A stretch of 64,000 nt of DNA from Octopus bimaculoides. Lineage: Eukaryota. The stretch spans positions 150,752,097-150,816,096 of the forward strand of contig NC_068982.1 of NCBI RefSeq assembly GCF_001194135.2, given 5' to 3'. This document shows, in pieces, positions 1 through 12,184 of the stretch (its first letter is position 1; every line of letters begins with the position of its first letter). The notes under the pieces were generated by a model. It ran no database searches. It saw only the letters and a program-made list of their open reading frames with translations, and had not been told where the DNA came from. A program made the translations under genes and the position numbers.

Positions 1-820
1 AATTTACAGCTAAAAAGAAATAGGCAATGTTTCTCCAAAGACCATACTTCAGTTAGCAATCCAGATTGCAAGTTTTTGGCTCAGTTTACCATCACTCTGG
101 AGTAGTCATTAATAATCAGAAAATCATTACCAACATATTAAAATACAATGAAAGCCAATCTTTTAAGAATTATCTTTTTATAGTATAAACAGGGATGATT
201 TGAATTGCAGGGCAGCAGAATAAGGTCTTCATACAAATATATGATTGGTAAGTGGCTCGGAATTTGCTTTATATTTAGGTCCCACTCCAATATGAAAGGT
301 TTAAATTATTAGAGTAAGTTTATCCTTCGCAGACATACTGAAAGGTGTAATACAAATATTATATACAATAAACACACAAATGCACATGCGTGCACATGCG
401 TGCACACACACACACATACACATGAAGGATATAGCAGTCATAAAAAATGTAAATTCACCAATAATTTAAAACCCTAGATAAAATAGAGCCCAACTGCCAT
501 TAAATACACACATACACACACTCACTCTCACACATACATATACACACACTCAATATCACATGCATACACACAACCTATTTATATATATACACAAATAATT
601 TTTGTCAAAGATAAATATAATTGGATTATAATATCAATGACTGAGTAATGTATAGATTATTCCATTGTAAAACTTTAAAAATCAACTGAATCTGTTGCAA
701 TCTTGAATTATATACTTTCTTTTGTTGTTGTTGTTACATTCCCCGTACCTTTGCCAATCCCTCCAAGTATTAAATATAAGTCTCATTCGTTTATATTTTC
801 TTTAAACATTGTGTCTTCCT

Positions 821-897
821 TCATACATCGACTTGCTGGTTATTGATTGGATTACTTGATTCAGTTGGTGTATTTTGTGTGTAAGGTACATAAAACT
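821..897 (-). CDS. MFSD12: Probable terminal coding exon of the MFSD12-like gene
   Basis: Very strong acceptor (ctgac branch-like motif, tttttctctttttctcttgcag|). Phase-1 join to exon 9 gives (K)FYVPYTQNTPTESSNPINNQQVDV*. The C-terminus is not conserved, so support is splice signals and phase only. Confidence 0.5.
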
Positions 898-1403
898 CTG
901 CAAGAGAAAAAGAGAAAAACAATAAAAGGTCAGTAAATTGATAAAAACAGAAGACCACTATTGCATGGAATGAAATTTTTGCTGACTTAATTGATCCTCG
1001 GAAAGTTCAAAGAAGAGTTTCATACGTTAAACAATTGTCATGGAAAATGAAAAGGAGAAACTGTTATTACTTGGGTAGTGCATAAGTATATAAAGTGATG
1101 GTGGCAGCATAATTGTAGTATGTTACTGGTACGAGGAAAATATGAAAGGCAGGTCACTCCAAGAAAATGCAGTAAATCCACTTAGAAGACAATATATTTG
1201 ATCAGATGGTGCTACATTATCTAAATACTAATGTATGTAAGAAATTATGATTCACACTTATGCGCACTCCCACATACACTCAAATTGTCCACACAATTTT
1301 TACCTATCATGACTAGAAAACAACTTGCAACTCCAAATGCTTGAAGTTCATCAAAGGTGCTATAGATACACATTATAATGAATATAAAAACTGCAAGTAT
1401 TAA

Positions 1404-1623
1404 CCCTTTCGTTACCAACCTGGCTGAAACCGGCTCTGGTTCTGAGTACAAATGTCTTGTTTTCATAAGTTTTGAATTAAAATCTTCCACCAAACCTTAT
1501 TCACAATTTACATTCCTAACACTAGATAAATGATAACTAAATTATTTTACCAAATTCTTTGTTGCATTTAAAGTAATTGAAAGAAAAACAGAGCATCTCA
1601 AAATAAATACAGTAATGAAACGG
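1404..1623. mobile_element. piggyBac-type MITE
   Basis: TTAA on both sides (1400-1403, 1624-1627); ends CCCTTTCGTTAC...GTAATGAAACGG form imperfect TIRs. Confidence 0.75.
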
Positions 1624-3994
1624 TTAAAGTAATTGGGAGTTGGCAAACATCGGGTGTATGTAGGTAACTCTTTATGGCGATAGCAACAATTTCATCATGA
1701 AAAATGCAGATAAAGATGATTCATTCAAGAAAAAATTGTTTTGATGAAATGGAAGATACGTTTGCTAAATGGACAATGCAGCAAATGCAATAAGATCAAA
1801 TTATAATAATGGAAAGAAGTTAAGAACATCTTTAGTCATCTGCATATATATGTATAGACCTGGACAAATAAGATTTTCAAAGAAGACTGGCAGTTTCCTA
1901 TGCATGTAAGCTCCCCCTCTCCATGCCGCAATGGGGAAAAGCTACCAACTTGGGCTGACACAACCTGGCACCCATTTTGTCAGAGGTGTTGCTACCAAAA
2001 CACAAAGGACTGGAACGGGCACAGCAAAATATTTTGTTGAACAGTTTTAGCCATTGGTATTTTTTCATTAATCCTCAAAGTGTCATGAAGAGTGAAAAAT
2101 ATGATGTTTGCTGATTCCCAATTGCCTCAACACATACAACTTTATATTCAGCATAATGTGTTTCTGCGGTGTCTTAGATGAACTTTCAGCACTTGGAGAT
2201 GCAAATTTTTTTTATCCATGATGGGTAAAAATTGTGTAAACAATTGAGAAGTATGTTCAAGTATACTTTGTTCATTCCATTTTTCAATGCTAGTATGGGT
2301 TAGATGAATGTATTATTGAGGCACTGTTTTACAGCCAAATGCCTTTTCTGTTTTTACCTGTATTACAATTAATGAATTTTTAAGAGGTAAAGCAAACAGA
2401 TGATTTGTTATCAGGAGAAACAACAGTAATGTAGCTCAGCAATTTTCAGAGAATCACACATGTAAACAAATACATGCGTGCACACACACACACACGATAG
2501 ACTACTTTCAGTTTTGCCTACCAAATCTACTCACAAGGCTTTGATTAGCCCAAATTTATTGAAAAAAAAAAAAAAAAAAAAGGCATTGCTCAAGATGCTG
2601 TGCAGTGGAGCTGAACCTGAAATTACATGGTTGTGAAGCAAACTTCTTAACCCCACAGCCATGCCTGCAATAAGTATGAATCAAGTGTCACATGTTATCA
2701 TATGTTTATTATAATGATGTAGAGCCACTCCACTGGAAGTACTGCTACAAGAAAAAGATTACAAGAATGAATCAATACTACTTAGGGCTGTTAGGTGAGG
2801 TGGGTTAATAGAATCTCATGGTAAAAGAAGACACTATGTTCTGAAGAAACTACATATAATTGGGAAGAAAATAGCAGAAATATATGTTTATTAAGAAAAT
2901 CAGATAAACACTATTAATAAATTTTTTTACAGAAATTTAAATTATTATGAAAGAAATGATAATCAATAATAACTTTTCTGAATAATAAAAAATAGAAGTA
3001 CAATTATATTCTTATACGAGAAAGTTCATACAGATATTTTAAAAATAGCATTCAAATAAAATAACTGAAACTCATACAATTATAAAACCCTAGTTAATTA
3101 AACTGTTTTCATTGACAATGTACAATTTTTAATTTGTTTTTCATATTTAATAATAACAATAATAAAAAGATATATATATACAATGTTAAATTGTTGAATT
3201 GTGAACTGGCAGAATTGGTAAAGCATCAGACAAAATACCTTGTTGTAAAAAGCACCCACTACACTATGTAAAGTGGTTGGCATTAAGAAGGGTATCTTGC
3301 CATAGAAACTATGCCAAAACAGGCAATTGGAGCCTGGTGCAGCTCTCTGGTTTGTCAGCTCTTGTCAAACCTCTATTATCTTTCTACTCTTTCTCTTCCT
3401 TTCTCTCATTAATTTCTGACTCTAATCCCCTCTTTTTCCCTTATTCCTTACCATAATCTGTGTAATGATACCTTTCTTAATGCTTTTGGAAGAATGTGAA
3501 AGCAGAATGAAAAGAAAACTAAATACTATAAAATATTTCAAATGGCATTTCAACATTTGCTTTACAGCTACTTTCTAGAATGATTTTTCCTTTAAAAAGG
3601 ATCAGCTATTGTACATAGTAACAGATAGACTACACACCTTTGAATCATTTTTCATCTTCATTCTTAACACATAATGTATATTTATAAGAGATAAGAAACC
3701 AAATATTGAAATTTATAAAAGAAATTGCAATCAATACCAAATTAAAAGAGAAAAAAAAAAAAATCAAAATTGAAACCCAAGATATAAAATTCATGTAACT
3801 CTTTATTGCAAAAAAAAAAAAAAAGCCTGCCCATTGCAGTTTACTTACCAAATTTGAATAAAAGAAAATAATTTAGATTAAATATATATCAGAAGACTTG
3901 AATTAAATGATAAAACAGTAAAAGAAATTTGCATTCTATTTTGGGAGGCTCATTATGCTAATAAGAAACACGTGCTGGTTCTGTTTGTGTGTGT

Positions 3995-4700
3995 GTGTGG
4001 GGGGGGGTGTATGTTGCTCTGGGGTAATAGCATCTGTGTAGGCCCTCTTGATTCTATCCACAGTGACAGTGCCTCTAGAACCATTAAAGTCTATAGTAAC
4101 ATGTTTGTTGGAGTGTGCAAGCATGCAATAAGGTCCAGAGTAAGGTGGAATGAGAGGATTTCTCACTGCATCATTTCTGATGAAAACATGGTTCCATGAG
4201 GCAATGTTTAACAGCTTGGTGACAAGTGTTCATGGGTGGCAGGACTTGAAAGTACGAATGCAGGCAGTTCACACAGAGTGCAGGATCCTGAGTAGAAAGA
4301 CTGACTGGGGAAAGCATCTGCCCCAGCAAAGACAAAGGAGCACTGTACAACAGCTCAGCTGGGAAGAATACAAGGTCCTCCTTAAATGAAGTTCGGATGC
4401 TGAGGAGAACTATGGGGAGGTACTCACTTCAGCATTGAGTACCAGGATAGGCATGAAATGCAGCTTTCAACTGGCAATGGCTCCACTATTCCATTAGATG
4501 CAGGATGATAACTGGTAGTATGGATCTGTTGAGCACTGATGATTTTTGTGAGTTCCGAAAAAAGGTGAGATTCAAATTGTCTAGCATGGTCTTTAGTAAT
4601 GGTGGCATGAACACCATAATGTGATATCCAACCTGATACCAGGGCTCACACTACCGATTCAGCAGAAATATCACATAGCAGAATGTAATGAGGAGATTTT
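3995..4700 (-). mobile_element. Ty3/Gypsy integrase remnant (decayed)
   Basis: Broken frames give ALVSGWISHYGVHATITKDHARQFESHLF, SYHPASNGIVE, LPIVLLSIRTSFKEDL and PPYSGPY...GTVTVDRIKRAY (integrase core plus GPY/F region). Confidence 0.85.
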
Positions 4701-4960
4701 AGTCTTGTTAAAAACACTACAATCTTTAGTGTTGAGAATTTTGTGTCTTTATCTAGAACAAAGCTCATCTGTTTTAGTTGTCAAAATGTCAACATCTCAT
4801 TGCAGCTTCCTATATTACATTCAGCTTTGCCAAGTTTGTGGAATCAACAGAAAACAGTACAATATAATGCTGCTGACCATGAGAACCAAAAAATGAGGAA
4901 AAGAAGAAATAAGACCAATGACTCAGACAAAGTTTCAGCCCTGTGATCAGAAACCATGTA

Positions 4961-5841
4961 TGTGGTCTGATCAATAAGCACCTGAACTGTTGCCATAGTA
5001 ACGAAACTAAAGCACACAGAGTGAAGCTGCTTGGCACAGATTAACCTTGAACTCTGCTGTGCATGCGCATTAAGTTTTAACATTCTAGCTCACTTTCACT
5101 GTTTACAGCAATGCTTGGAAGGAACGTGTGTAGTGTGTGATCGTCATATTAACCATAACAGAAAAAGCTGAGCAGGGAATCTACATCAAATTTTGCCAAA
5201 AGCTTGGTGATACCTGCTCAGAGGCCTATGCAAAGTTTTCAAAAAGTTTTCACCATTCTTGACACAATCAAGATCTTGTGCAACTGAAACCTGAGTGTCT
5301 TTTTGGTCAGCTGAAATCAGTTTTGGCACAAACTTGGCAGACACACGTCTCATACCCAAATCTTCAGTTTTAATGGACTGAACTGAACTGTAATTAATCT
5401 GCATTTCCTCTGATAACTCATGGATGGTGGTTCAACGATTTCCCCTCAAAGTTGCATGCACATCTATATTTTCTCAGTTCTGCTGCTTTCAGGTCTCCCA
5501 GAACGTTTGTCACTATCAACATTTTTCAACCATCTTGGAAATGTCTGAACCACTTGTATGCTTGTGTGCAGCTCATACACTCTTCTCCATACACTTTCTG
5601 CAACTTTGCGTAGGCCTCTGAGCAGGTATCGCCATGACAACTTCCCTGTCATAGTCAATGCAATGATCACATACTACACACCTTCCTTACAAGCACTACT
5701 GTGAAGAGGAAGTGAGCTAGAATGTTAAAACTTAGTGCACATACATAGCAGTATTCAAGGTCAATCTTTGCCGATCGACTTCACTCTGGGTGCTTTAGCT
5801 TTGTTATGGCAACAGTCTGGATACTTATTGATCAGACCTCA
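4961..5841. mobile_element. Mariner-derived element made of two 5' ends fused in inverted orientation
   Basis: TA flanks (4959-60, 5842-43); inverted arms about 270 bp. Transposase N-terminus EKAEQGIYIKFCQKLGDTCSEAYAK on + (5160-5237); DKRSGRPESSRT and LGMRRVSAKFVPKLISADQK on - (5236-5670). Confidence 0.88.
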
Positions 5842-6224
5842 TAAACTGATGGAGAGAACAACTTACTTCATCTAAATAACTCCTGTTTTCATGCTAGTAA
5901 TAATAGAAAATAAAATCATTTAACTTAAAATGTAACATGTTTAACTTCTATCAACTTGGAAATAAGAGCAACGTTTGAAGAGCCATTTCTGGTTTTTCCT
6001 TGTTGCTTTATAACCAATATCTGAATGTTAGAATTCTTAATAGTATGGTTTTAATTAGAACACTTACTTTCATAACTGAGTAGCTTTCTTACCGAAAATC
6101 ACTTAACCATGAAACAAATAATAGACATGTTGACAGCTCATACAAACTGTTCCTACAATTGCTCCCCCTTTATATTTTTTCCAGTGTACAGTTTATGGAA
6201 TCAATTTTCCCACAATATCTGTGC

Positions 6225-6430
6225 CAGTGGCATGTAAAACTGTGCCGGTGGCATGTAAAAAGCACTCACTACACTCTTGGAGTGGTTGGTGTTAGGAAGG
6301 GCATCCAGCTGTAGAAACATTGCCAGATCAGATTGGAACCTGGTGCAGCTGCTGACTCTCCAGACCTCAGTCAAACCACCCAACCCATGCCAGCATGGAA
6401 AATGGACGTTAAACGAGGATGATAATGATT
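6225..6430 (+). mobile_element. RTE-type LINE 3' end with (GAT)n tail
   Basis: Matches the 3' UTRs attached to RT-coding copies at 33230-34060 and 53385-54740; ends CATGGAAAATGGACGTTAAAC-GAGGATGATAATGAT. Confidence 0.8.
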
Positions 6431-6499
6431 GCTGACACCTTATTGATCTCATAGGATTTGAATTGAGTGGAACTAGACTGCATACTGTTTACTGATGGA

Positions 6500-6605
6500 A
6501 GAAGTGTGTGGACTGCAAGGGAGACTATGCTGAAAAATAAACCTCATTTGGTCACATTCCATGAAGTCTTGGTCAGCCTTTGAACTTTTTAGCTGATCCT
6601 TATAA
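6500..6605 (+). mobile_element. Mariner 3' terminal fragment
   Basis: Similar to 20810-20904 (AAGTGTGTG..TGCAAGGGAGACTATG...GGTCAGCCTTTGAACTTTT). Confidence 0.7.
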
Positions 6606-6609
6606 ACCA

Positions 6610-7400
6610 TGATACCCTCTGGAAAGTCCTGCACAAGTTTGGTTGCCAAACAGGATGGTCAGAATAATAAGATCATTCCATAATAGTATAATGGCCTTCA
6701 TGATGGAAGGTGGTTCAGCTTTCCCTGCAAAGAATAGAACCAAGCAGGGCTGTGTAATGGTCTCTGTCTTGTTTGCAATCTACTTCTCAGCTATGCTAAA
6801 AGATACATTTAGAAATGTTGTTGAAGGTGTGCATATCCAGTTTAGGACAGAAGGCAATATTTTCAGAGCCAGAACCTAAGTCAAGGAACAACTTCTGAGA
6901 GAGTTTCTACTTGCAGATAACTACGTTTTGATAGCACTGTTTCTGCAGGACATCCATGTATTGGTTGACTGTTTTGCTAATGCTGCCAAATCCTTTGACC
7001 TAAGAATTAGTTTGAGGAAGACTGTAGACTTCCACTAGCCCGCACCTGGCCACTCAAAACAGAATTTTATTGTCATGATAGATAATACCCCTCTAAATGG
7101 TGTGCCAAAATAGTGCTACCTGAGGAGCGTCCTATCAAAGAATATCCAACTGCACAGAGAGATCACCCAGCAATTGGCTAAGGCAAGTTCAGCTTTCACT
7201 AGACTCCAGCAGAGATTGTGAAGAGGTCATGGTATCTACCTAGCTATAAAGATCAAAGTCTATCAAGCAGTTGTACTTACCTCTCTTCTATATGGCTGTG
7301 AAACATAGACACTCTACAGGAATCATATTAAATGACGAGAATCATTACATCTCTACTGTCTTTGTTCAATTTCCAACATCAAATGGAAAGATAAAATCCT
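6610..7400 (+). mobile_element. RTE (BovB-like) LINE reverse transcriptase fragment
   Basis: LWKVLHKFGLPNRMVRIIRSFH...KQGCVMVSVLFAIYFSAML...QFRTEGNIFR, then EFLLADN (LFADD-like) and IKVYQAVVLTSLLYGCET, with stops and frameshifts. Confidence 0.85.
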
Positions 7401-7568
7401 AAACATACATGCATACACACACACCAACTGTTGTGGAGCTATACTCCTTACCATCAACTGTGGAACAAAGTGTTACTGGTTACAAAAATGAATACAACAA
7501 AGTTATAATAGACCCAGAGTGTTAGAAGAGGAGATCAAGTAGGAAAATAGCAAAATAAATTAACCTAC

Positions 7569-7705
7569 TTGTGCGTTTCCGAACTCCAATCTTTTGTGGT
7601 CCAAGTAAACAGAGGAAAATGAAGGCAATTATTGCAGCTCCACCAGGAACAACAAACAAGATCAGTCGATTATCACACAAACAATCTCCGCAACAATTTC
7701 CTGTA
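7569..7705 (-). CDS. MFSD12: MFSD12-like coding exon 9 (Cys-rich loop and last TM); 3' boundary uncertain
   Basis: (N)TGNCCGDCLCDNRLILFVVPGGAAIIAFIFLCLLGPQKIGVRKRT; acceptor ttttacacag| fits the phase-2 intron. Possible donors A|gtaggt (7568) or AG|gttaat (7564), or read-through to a stop at 7522. Confidence 0.85.
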
Positions 7706-8116
7706 CTGTGTAAAAAGATAAAAATAATATTAGTAGTTAAGAAACTGAATTTCATTAACTATTATTAAATCATCATCATCATCATCACTATCATTTAATG
7801 TCCACTTTTCCACACTTGCATGATTGAATGGAGTTTATTTGAGGCAGATTTTCTATGGTTGAATGCCTTTCCAGTTGCCAATCCTCACCTGTTTTCAAGC
7901 AAGGTAATATTTTTCCATGGCCAGACATGTTCTCTTAGAGTACTGGAAGTGAACAATACTGCTTGTATGACAGCGACAAGCATTACAACTGTCACATGAT
8001 GTCAAGTCAAGGAGGCACAAACACACACTCACATACATTATATATATATATATATATATATATATTTCTTTTTTTTTTTGCACGAAACACTTCTTTCTTT
8101 CTATCAAACCCACTCA

Positions 8117-8750
8117 NNNNNNNNNNNNNNNNNNNNNNNNNNNNNNNNNNNNNNNNNNNNNNNNNNNNNNNNNNNNNNNNNNNNNNNNNNNNNNNNNNNN
8201 NNNNNNNNNNNNNNNNNNNNNNNNNNNNNNNNNNNNNNNNNNNNNNNNNNNNNNNNNNNNNNNNNNNNNNNNNNNNNNNNNNNNNNNNNNNNNNNNNNNN
8301 NNNNNNNNNNNNNNNNNNNNNNNNNNNNNNNNNNNNNNNNNNNNNNNNNNNNNNNNNNNNNNNNNNNNNNNNNNNNNNNNNNNNNNNNNNNNNNNNNNNN
8401 NNNNNNNNNNNNNNNNNNNNNNNNNNNNNNNNNNNNNNNNNNNNNNNNNNNNNNNNNNNNNNNNNNNNNNNNNNNNNNNNNNNNNNNNNNNNNNNNNNNN
8501 NNNNNNNNNNNNNNNNNNNNNNNNNNNNNNNNNNNNNNNNNNNNNNNNNNNNNNNNNNNNNNNNNNNNNNNNNNNNNNNNNNNNNNNNNNNNNNNNNNNN
8601 NNNNNNNNNNNNNNNNNNNNNNNNNNNNNNNNNNNNNNNNNNNNNNNNNNNNNNNNNNNNNNNNNNNNNNNNNNNNNNNNNNNNNNNNNNNNNNNNNNNN
8701 NNNNNNNNNNNNNNNNNNNNNNNNNNNNNNNNNNNNNNNNNNNNNNNNNN
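8117..8750. other. Assembly gap (N); others at 53692-54362, 11352-11361, about 21238-21255, about 41065-41075 and 48970-48979
   Basis: Runs of N, each inside or next to a repeat. Confidence 0.98.
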
Positions 8751-9003
8751 GGAAACTGAAAGAAGCCCGTCGTATATATGTATATATATATATGTATGTG
8801 TGTCTGCGTTTGTCCCCCCAACATCGCTTGACAACCGATGCTGGTGTGTTTACGTCCCCGTAGCTTAGCGGTTCGGCAAAAGAGACCGATAGAATAAGTA
8901 CTAGGCTTCCAAAGAATATGTCCTGGGGTCGATTTGCTTGACTAAAGGCGGTGCTCCAGCATGGCTGCAGTCAAATGACTGAAACAAGTAAAAGAGTAAA
9001 GAG
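8751..9003 (+). mobile_element. Abundant SINE (family B, internal TA/CA microsatellite); 5' end lost in an N gap
   Basis: GGAAACTGAAAGAAGCCCGTCG(TA)n...CAAATGACTGAAACAAGTAAAAGAGT; reverse complement of the full copies at 39160-39590 and 45460-45820. Confidence 0.8.
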
Positions 9004-10974
9004 TGTGACACTGTGAGTAGGTGTTTTCTATTATAGATTCGAGCTGACCAACACCTTGTGAGTGGAGTTGGTTGAGAAAAACTGTAGGAGCTCATCAAAT
9101 ATATATTATATATCTATGTATGTATACATGCATATACTCAATTGTGTAGGTAGGTGGTGTCATTGTTGACATATGCCAATGAAAACATGTCTGGCTGTTT
9201 GTGCACAGTATAAATGGGTCGCTGTTTTTGTATGTAACTGCTGTAAAAACATATTCATAACACCAAGGGAAATATTACCTTATTTAGAAACAAGTGAGGG
9301 TTGGCAACAAGAAGAGCATATGTAAAAAAAAATTACCTCAGTAACATTTATATGGCCTATGCAAGCATGGAAATGTGGATGGTAAAATGATGACAGGATA
9401 TGATTTGAAGAAGATTTGGCTGCTATTTTTCGCAAGTAAAGCAACCATGTAGAGCAGTGTTACTCAACCTCTTCTAGTTCAGTATTTTCTTTCCCTCAAA
9501 TAACATTTTATATCCTCTGCATATTTTGCATGTGTGCACACATGCACACAGAGAAAGCAGATTATTTTATTCAAGCAGAAACCAACTTTTCACAGAGCTT
9601 TATAATCTGTTTTCTCATGATATCCCATCCACCATGAGCCTCTGTTCTCAAGCTAAATTTTTATGGAGATTACTAAAGAATCACTAAATTATTTTATATT
9701 ATTAAAGTGCATAAAAAACTCTTAGAACACTTATATTATTAAAGGATATAAAAAACACTTAGAACAAAGAAGTTTACAGCATGAGTTTTAAATTAATTAG
9801 CTTTATTAATGTATCATTATACTCCCAAATCAAAAGTTAATTATTGAACAATAATAAATGGCTTCCTTATATTTGATGAGATTTTGCCAACTTAAAAATA
9901 TAAAGTTAGATATTTGAGAAAGACAACCTTGTATCTCTGCTTTTACACGTTTCTAATCTACATTTGTACTATTATATGGAACCTTACCATAACAAGCTAT
10001 AAGGAAAGAAATGCTAACTAACTACTTTACTTCTTACAAAGGCATATCTATGTGATATAAAAAACAAAACAATAATGACCTACTCACATTCTAATCCCAA
10101 CAAAGATTTTATTTTGGAAAATGTATTTAAAATGCAAGTATTGTGTCTAATTTAAATATTTATGTAATAAAAAAAAAAACAACCCAAAACCAACAAAAGA
10201 GAGCAAGACTATATCTTCTAAAAGTTGTTCTAAGAACTGAGATGTACAAACTAGATATTTCTTTGCTGAAGTGGTCTTATAAGAATGAAACATCTGGGGT
10301 TGTCACTCTACTTACTAACTCTGTACTTACACCTTAACTATTTACCTCAATTTAATTTTAAACACTTAGAACAAAAAACTTTACAATCAATTTAAATTTT
10401 AGGGTTTTGTTTCTTGCCTTTTCTGACAAGTGTCATCCACATTGTTTTATTCTGATTATGAGTGTAATTTCAATTGATTAAAAATTCTTTGTGGTTTCTC
10501 CACACTTATGTTAGCCTGTACTAAACAATATGTATGCATGCAAGCATGCATAAATGAATATATTTTTCTTCATTCGTTTTGTCATTTTTTTTTAAGCAAG
10601 AATGGATCAGACAAATATATATTATTGGAGCATTATTTTACAGTTGGATGCACTTTCTGTCCCTAGCCCTAACTAGTTTTTTTCAAATAAAGGATTGTTT
10701 TTTTTTTATATTCCACTAGTCTTTGAAAGAACAACACTAACAGACAATTTGTTGACAGGGAATTGTCAACAAAGTTCACCATAGACATGCACATGCACAC
10801 ACACACACACACACACACAATTTGTAGAGTTTCTGCCAACAAAATCACTTACAAGGCATTGGTTAGCCTGTGACTTACAATAGAAGACACTTGCTTAAGG
10901 TGTCACAGTGGGACTGAACCTGAAATTAAGTGGTTAAGATGTGAGCTTCTTAATCAGTCATGTCTGTGCCTAAT

Positions 10975-11011
<37 letters not shown>

Positions 11012-11560
11012 AGCTTTTGTGTAATGTGGATATATATACATACATATATATATACATACATATATATATAAGAGGATTAAATATCAACTTAGATGTACTG
11101 CTAGCTATCTACTTTATGAAAGCATGACTAGACAAAGAGGTAAGGAGATATAAAACATAGAAAGTTATGTATAGTTTCAGGGGTATAGATTTATAGAACA
11201 ATGACTTAGGGAGGGCAGGAAGCATTTGAGATTATAGCTTTCTAAACCTAAACTAATCTACTTAGATGGAAACTAGATTGTATTCCTATAATAAAAAGAG
11301 AGAGAGAGAGAGAGAGAGAGGGAGAAAGAGAGAGAGAGAGAGAGAGGGAGANNNNNNNNNNTCTAAACCTAAACTAATCTACTTAGATGGAAACTAGATT
11401 GTATTCCTATAATAAAAAGAGAGAGAGAGAGAGAGAGAGAGGGGGAGGGAGGGGGGTCTTAATTCTAAGAGCACTGTTAACTATGTGCATTTGTTGTTCA
11501 GGAGTAAATATTAAGAAAAATGGTTAAAATCCAGGAATATCAAGACTGAAGGTGACTTAC

Positions 11561-11655
11561 TTCATAGCAAGTAAATGTTGGATAACAACCACTGCAATAC
11601 CATTGGCACATTTATCTATTAGGCTTAAGGATCCATAAACAAAGGCAGCAGATTC
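11561..11655 (-). CDS. MFSD12: MFSD12-like coding exon 8 (absent from the ORF track)
   Basis: ESAAFVYGSLSLIDKCANGIAVVVIQHLLAM; acceptor tttttacag|, donor AA|gtaagt; 95 nt; AFVYGSxSxxDKxANG motif. Confidence 0.94.
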
Positions 11656-11719
11656 CTGTAAAAAAATAACCCCAAACAATTAAAGAAACAAAGGAATTTT
11701 TTGGGTTGTTTTAAACTAA

Positions 11720-12180
11720 CATCATCATCACTTAATGCCTGTTTTCCATGCTGGCATGGGTTGGGCGATTTGACAGATGCTGACCCACTAAAAAGCTGTT
11801 CAGGCTCCATGTCTATCTTGGCATGGTTTCTATGGCTGGATGCCCTTCCTAACATCAACCACTTTACAGAATGTACTAGGTGCTTTTATGCAGCATTGGT
11901 ATGGATGCTTTCTACATGGCATCAGCACTTATGAGCCTACAAGATTAGGGATGCTCAGCTGGAGAGGGTTGTAAGGGATGAACCTGGACGCAAGGGCAAC
12001 CACGCTTTACCTAGCTTGGCATGTCTTTTCAAGCATGGCAAATCGCCAGGAGTCTCGATCCCCTGTCATCCCCCTTATGAGTCCCAACATTTATAGATTC
12101 TTTCTCACCACTTCGTCCGATGTCTTTCTGGGTCTATCCCTTCCACATGTTCCCGCTACAATCTGACTTCAATTTTTTCC
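11720..12180 (-). mobile_element. RTE LINE 3' end (ORF2 C-terminus, UTR and tail)
   Basis: GTCGRDRPRKTSDEVVRKNL-type C-terminal motif, shared 3' UTR and GAT tail ending about 65 bp from the exon 8 acceptor. Confidence 0.8.
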
Positions 12181-12184
12181 TGCC

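Noticed and set aside
3636-3670. Candidate micro-exon MKMKNDSK between exon 9 and the terminal exon
   Set aside because: Poor pyrimidine tract, weak donor and no homology support.
7963-8868. Long ORFs of 236-359 aa over 8007-8868 and 53459-54458
   Set aside because: They are open only because they run through N gaps; the one real part is the RT segment at 54363-54740.
11282-11440. Apparent 70-bp tandem duplication around a 10-N gap (about 11240-11440)
   Set aside because: Exact duplicate on both sides of a placeholder gap next to a (GA)n tract: typical unmerged contig overlap.
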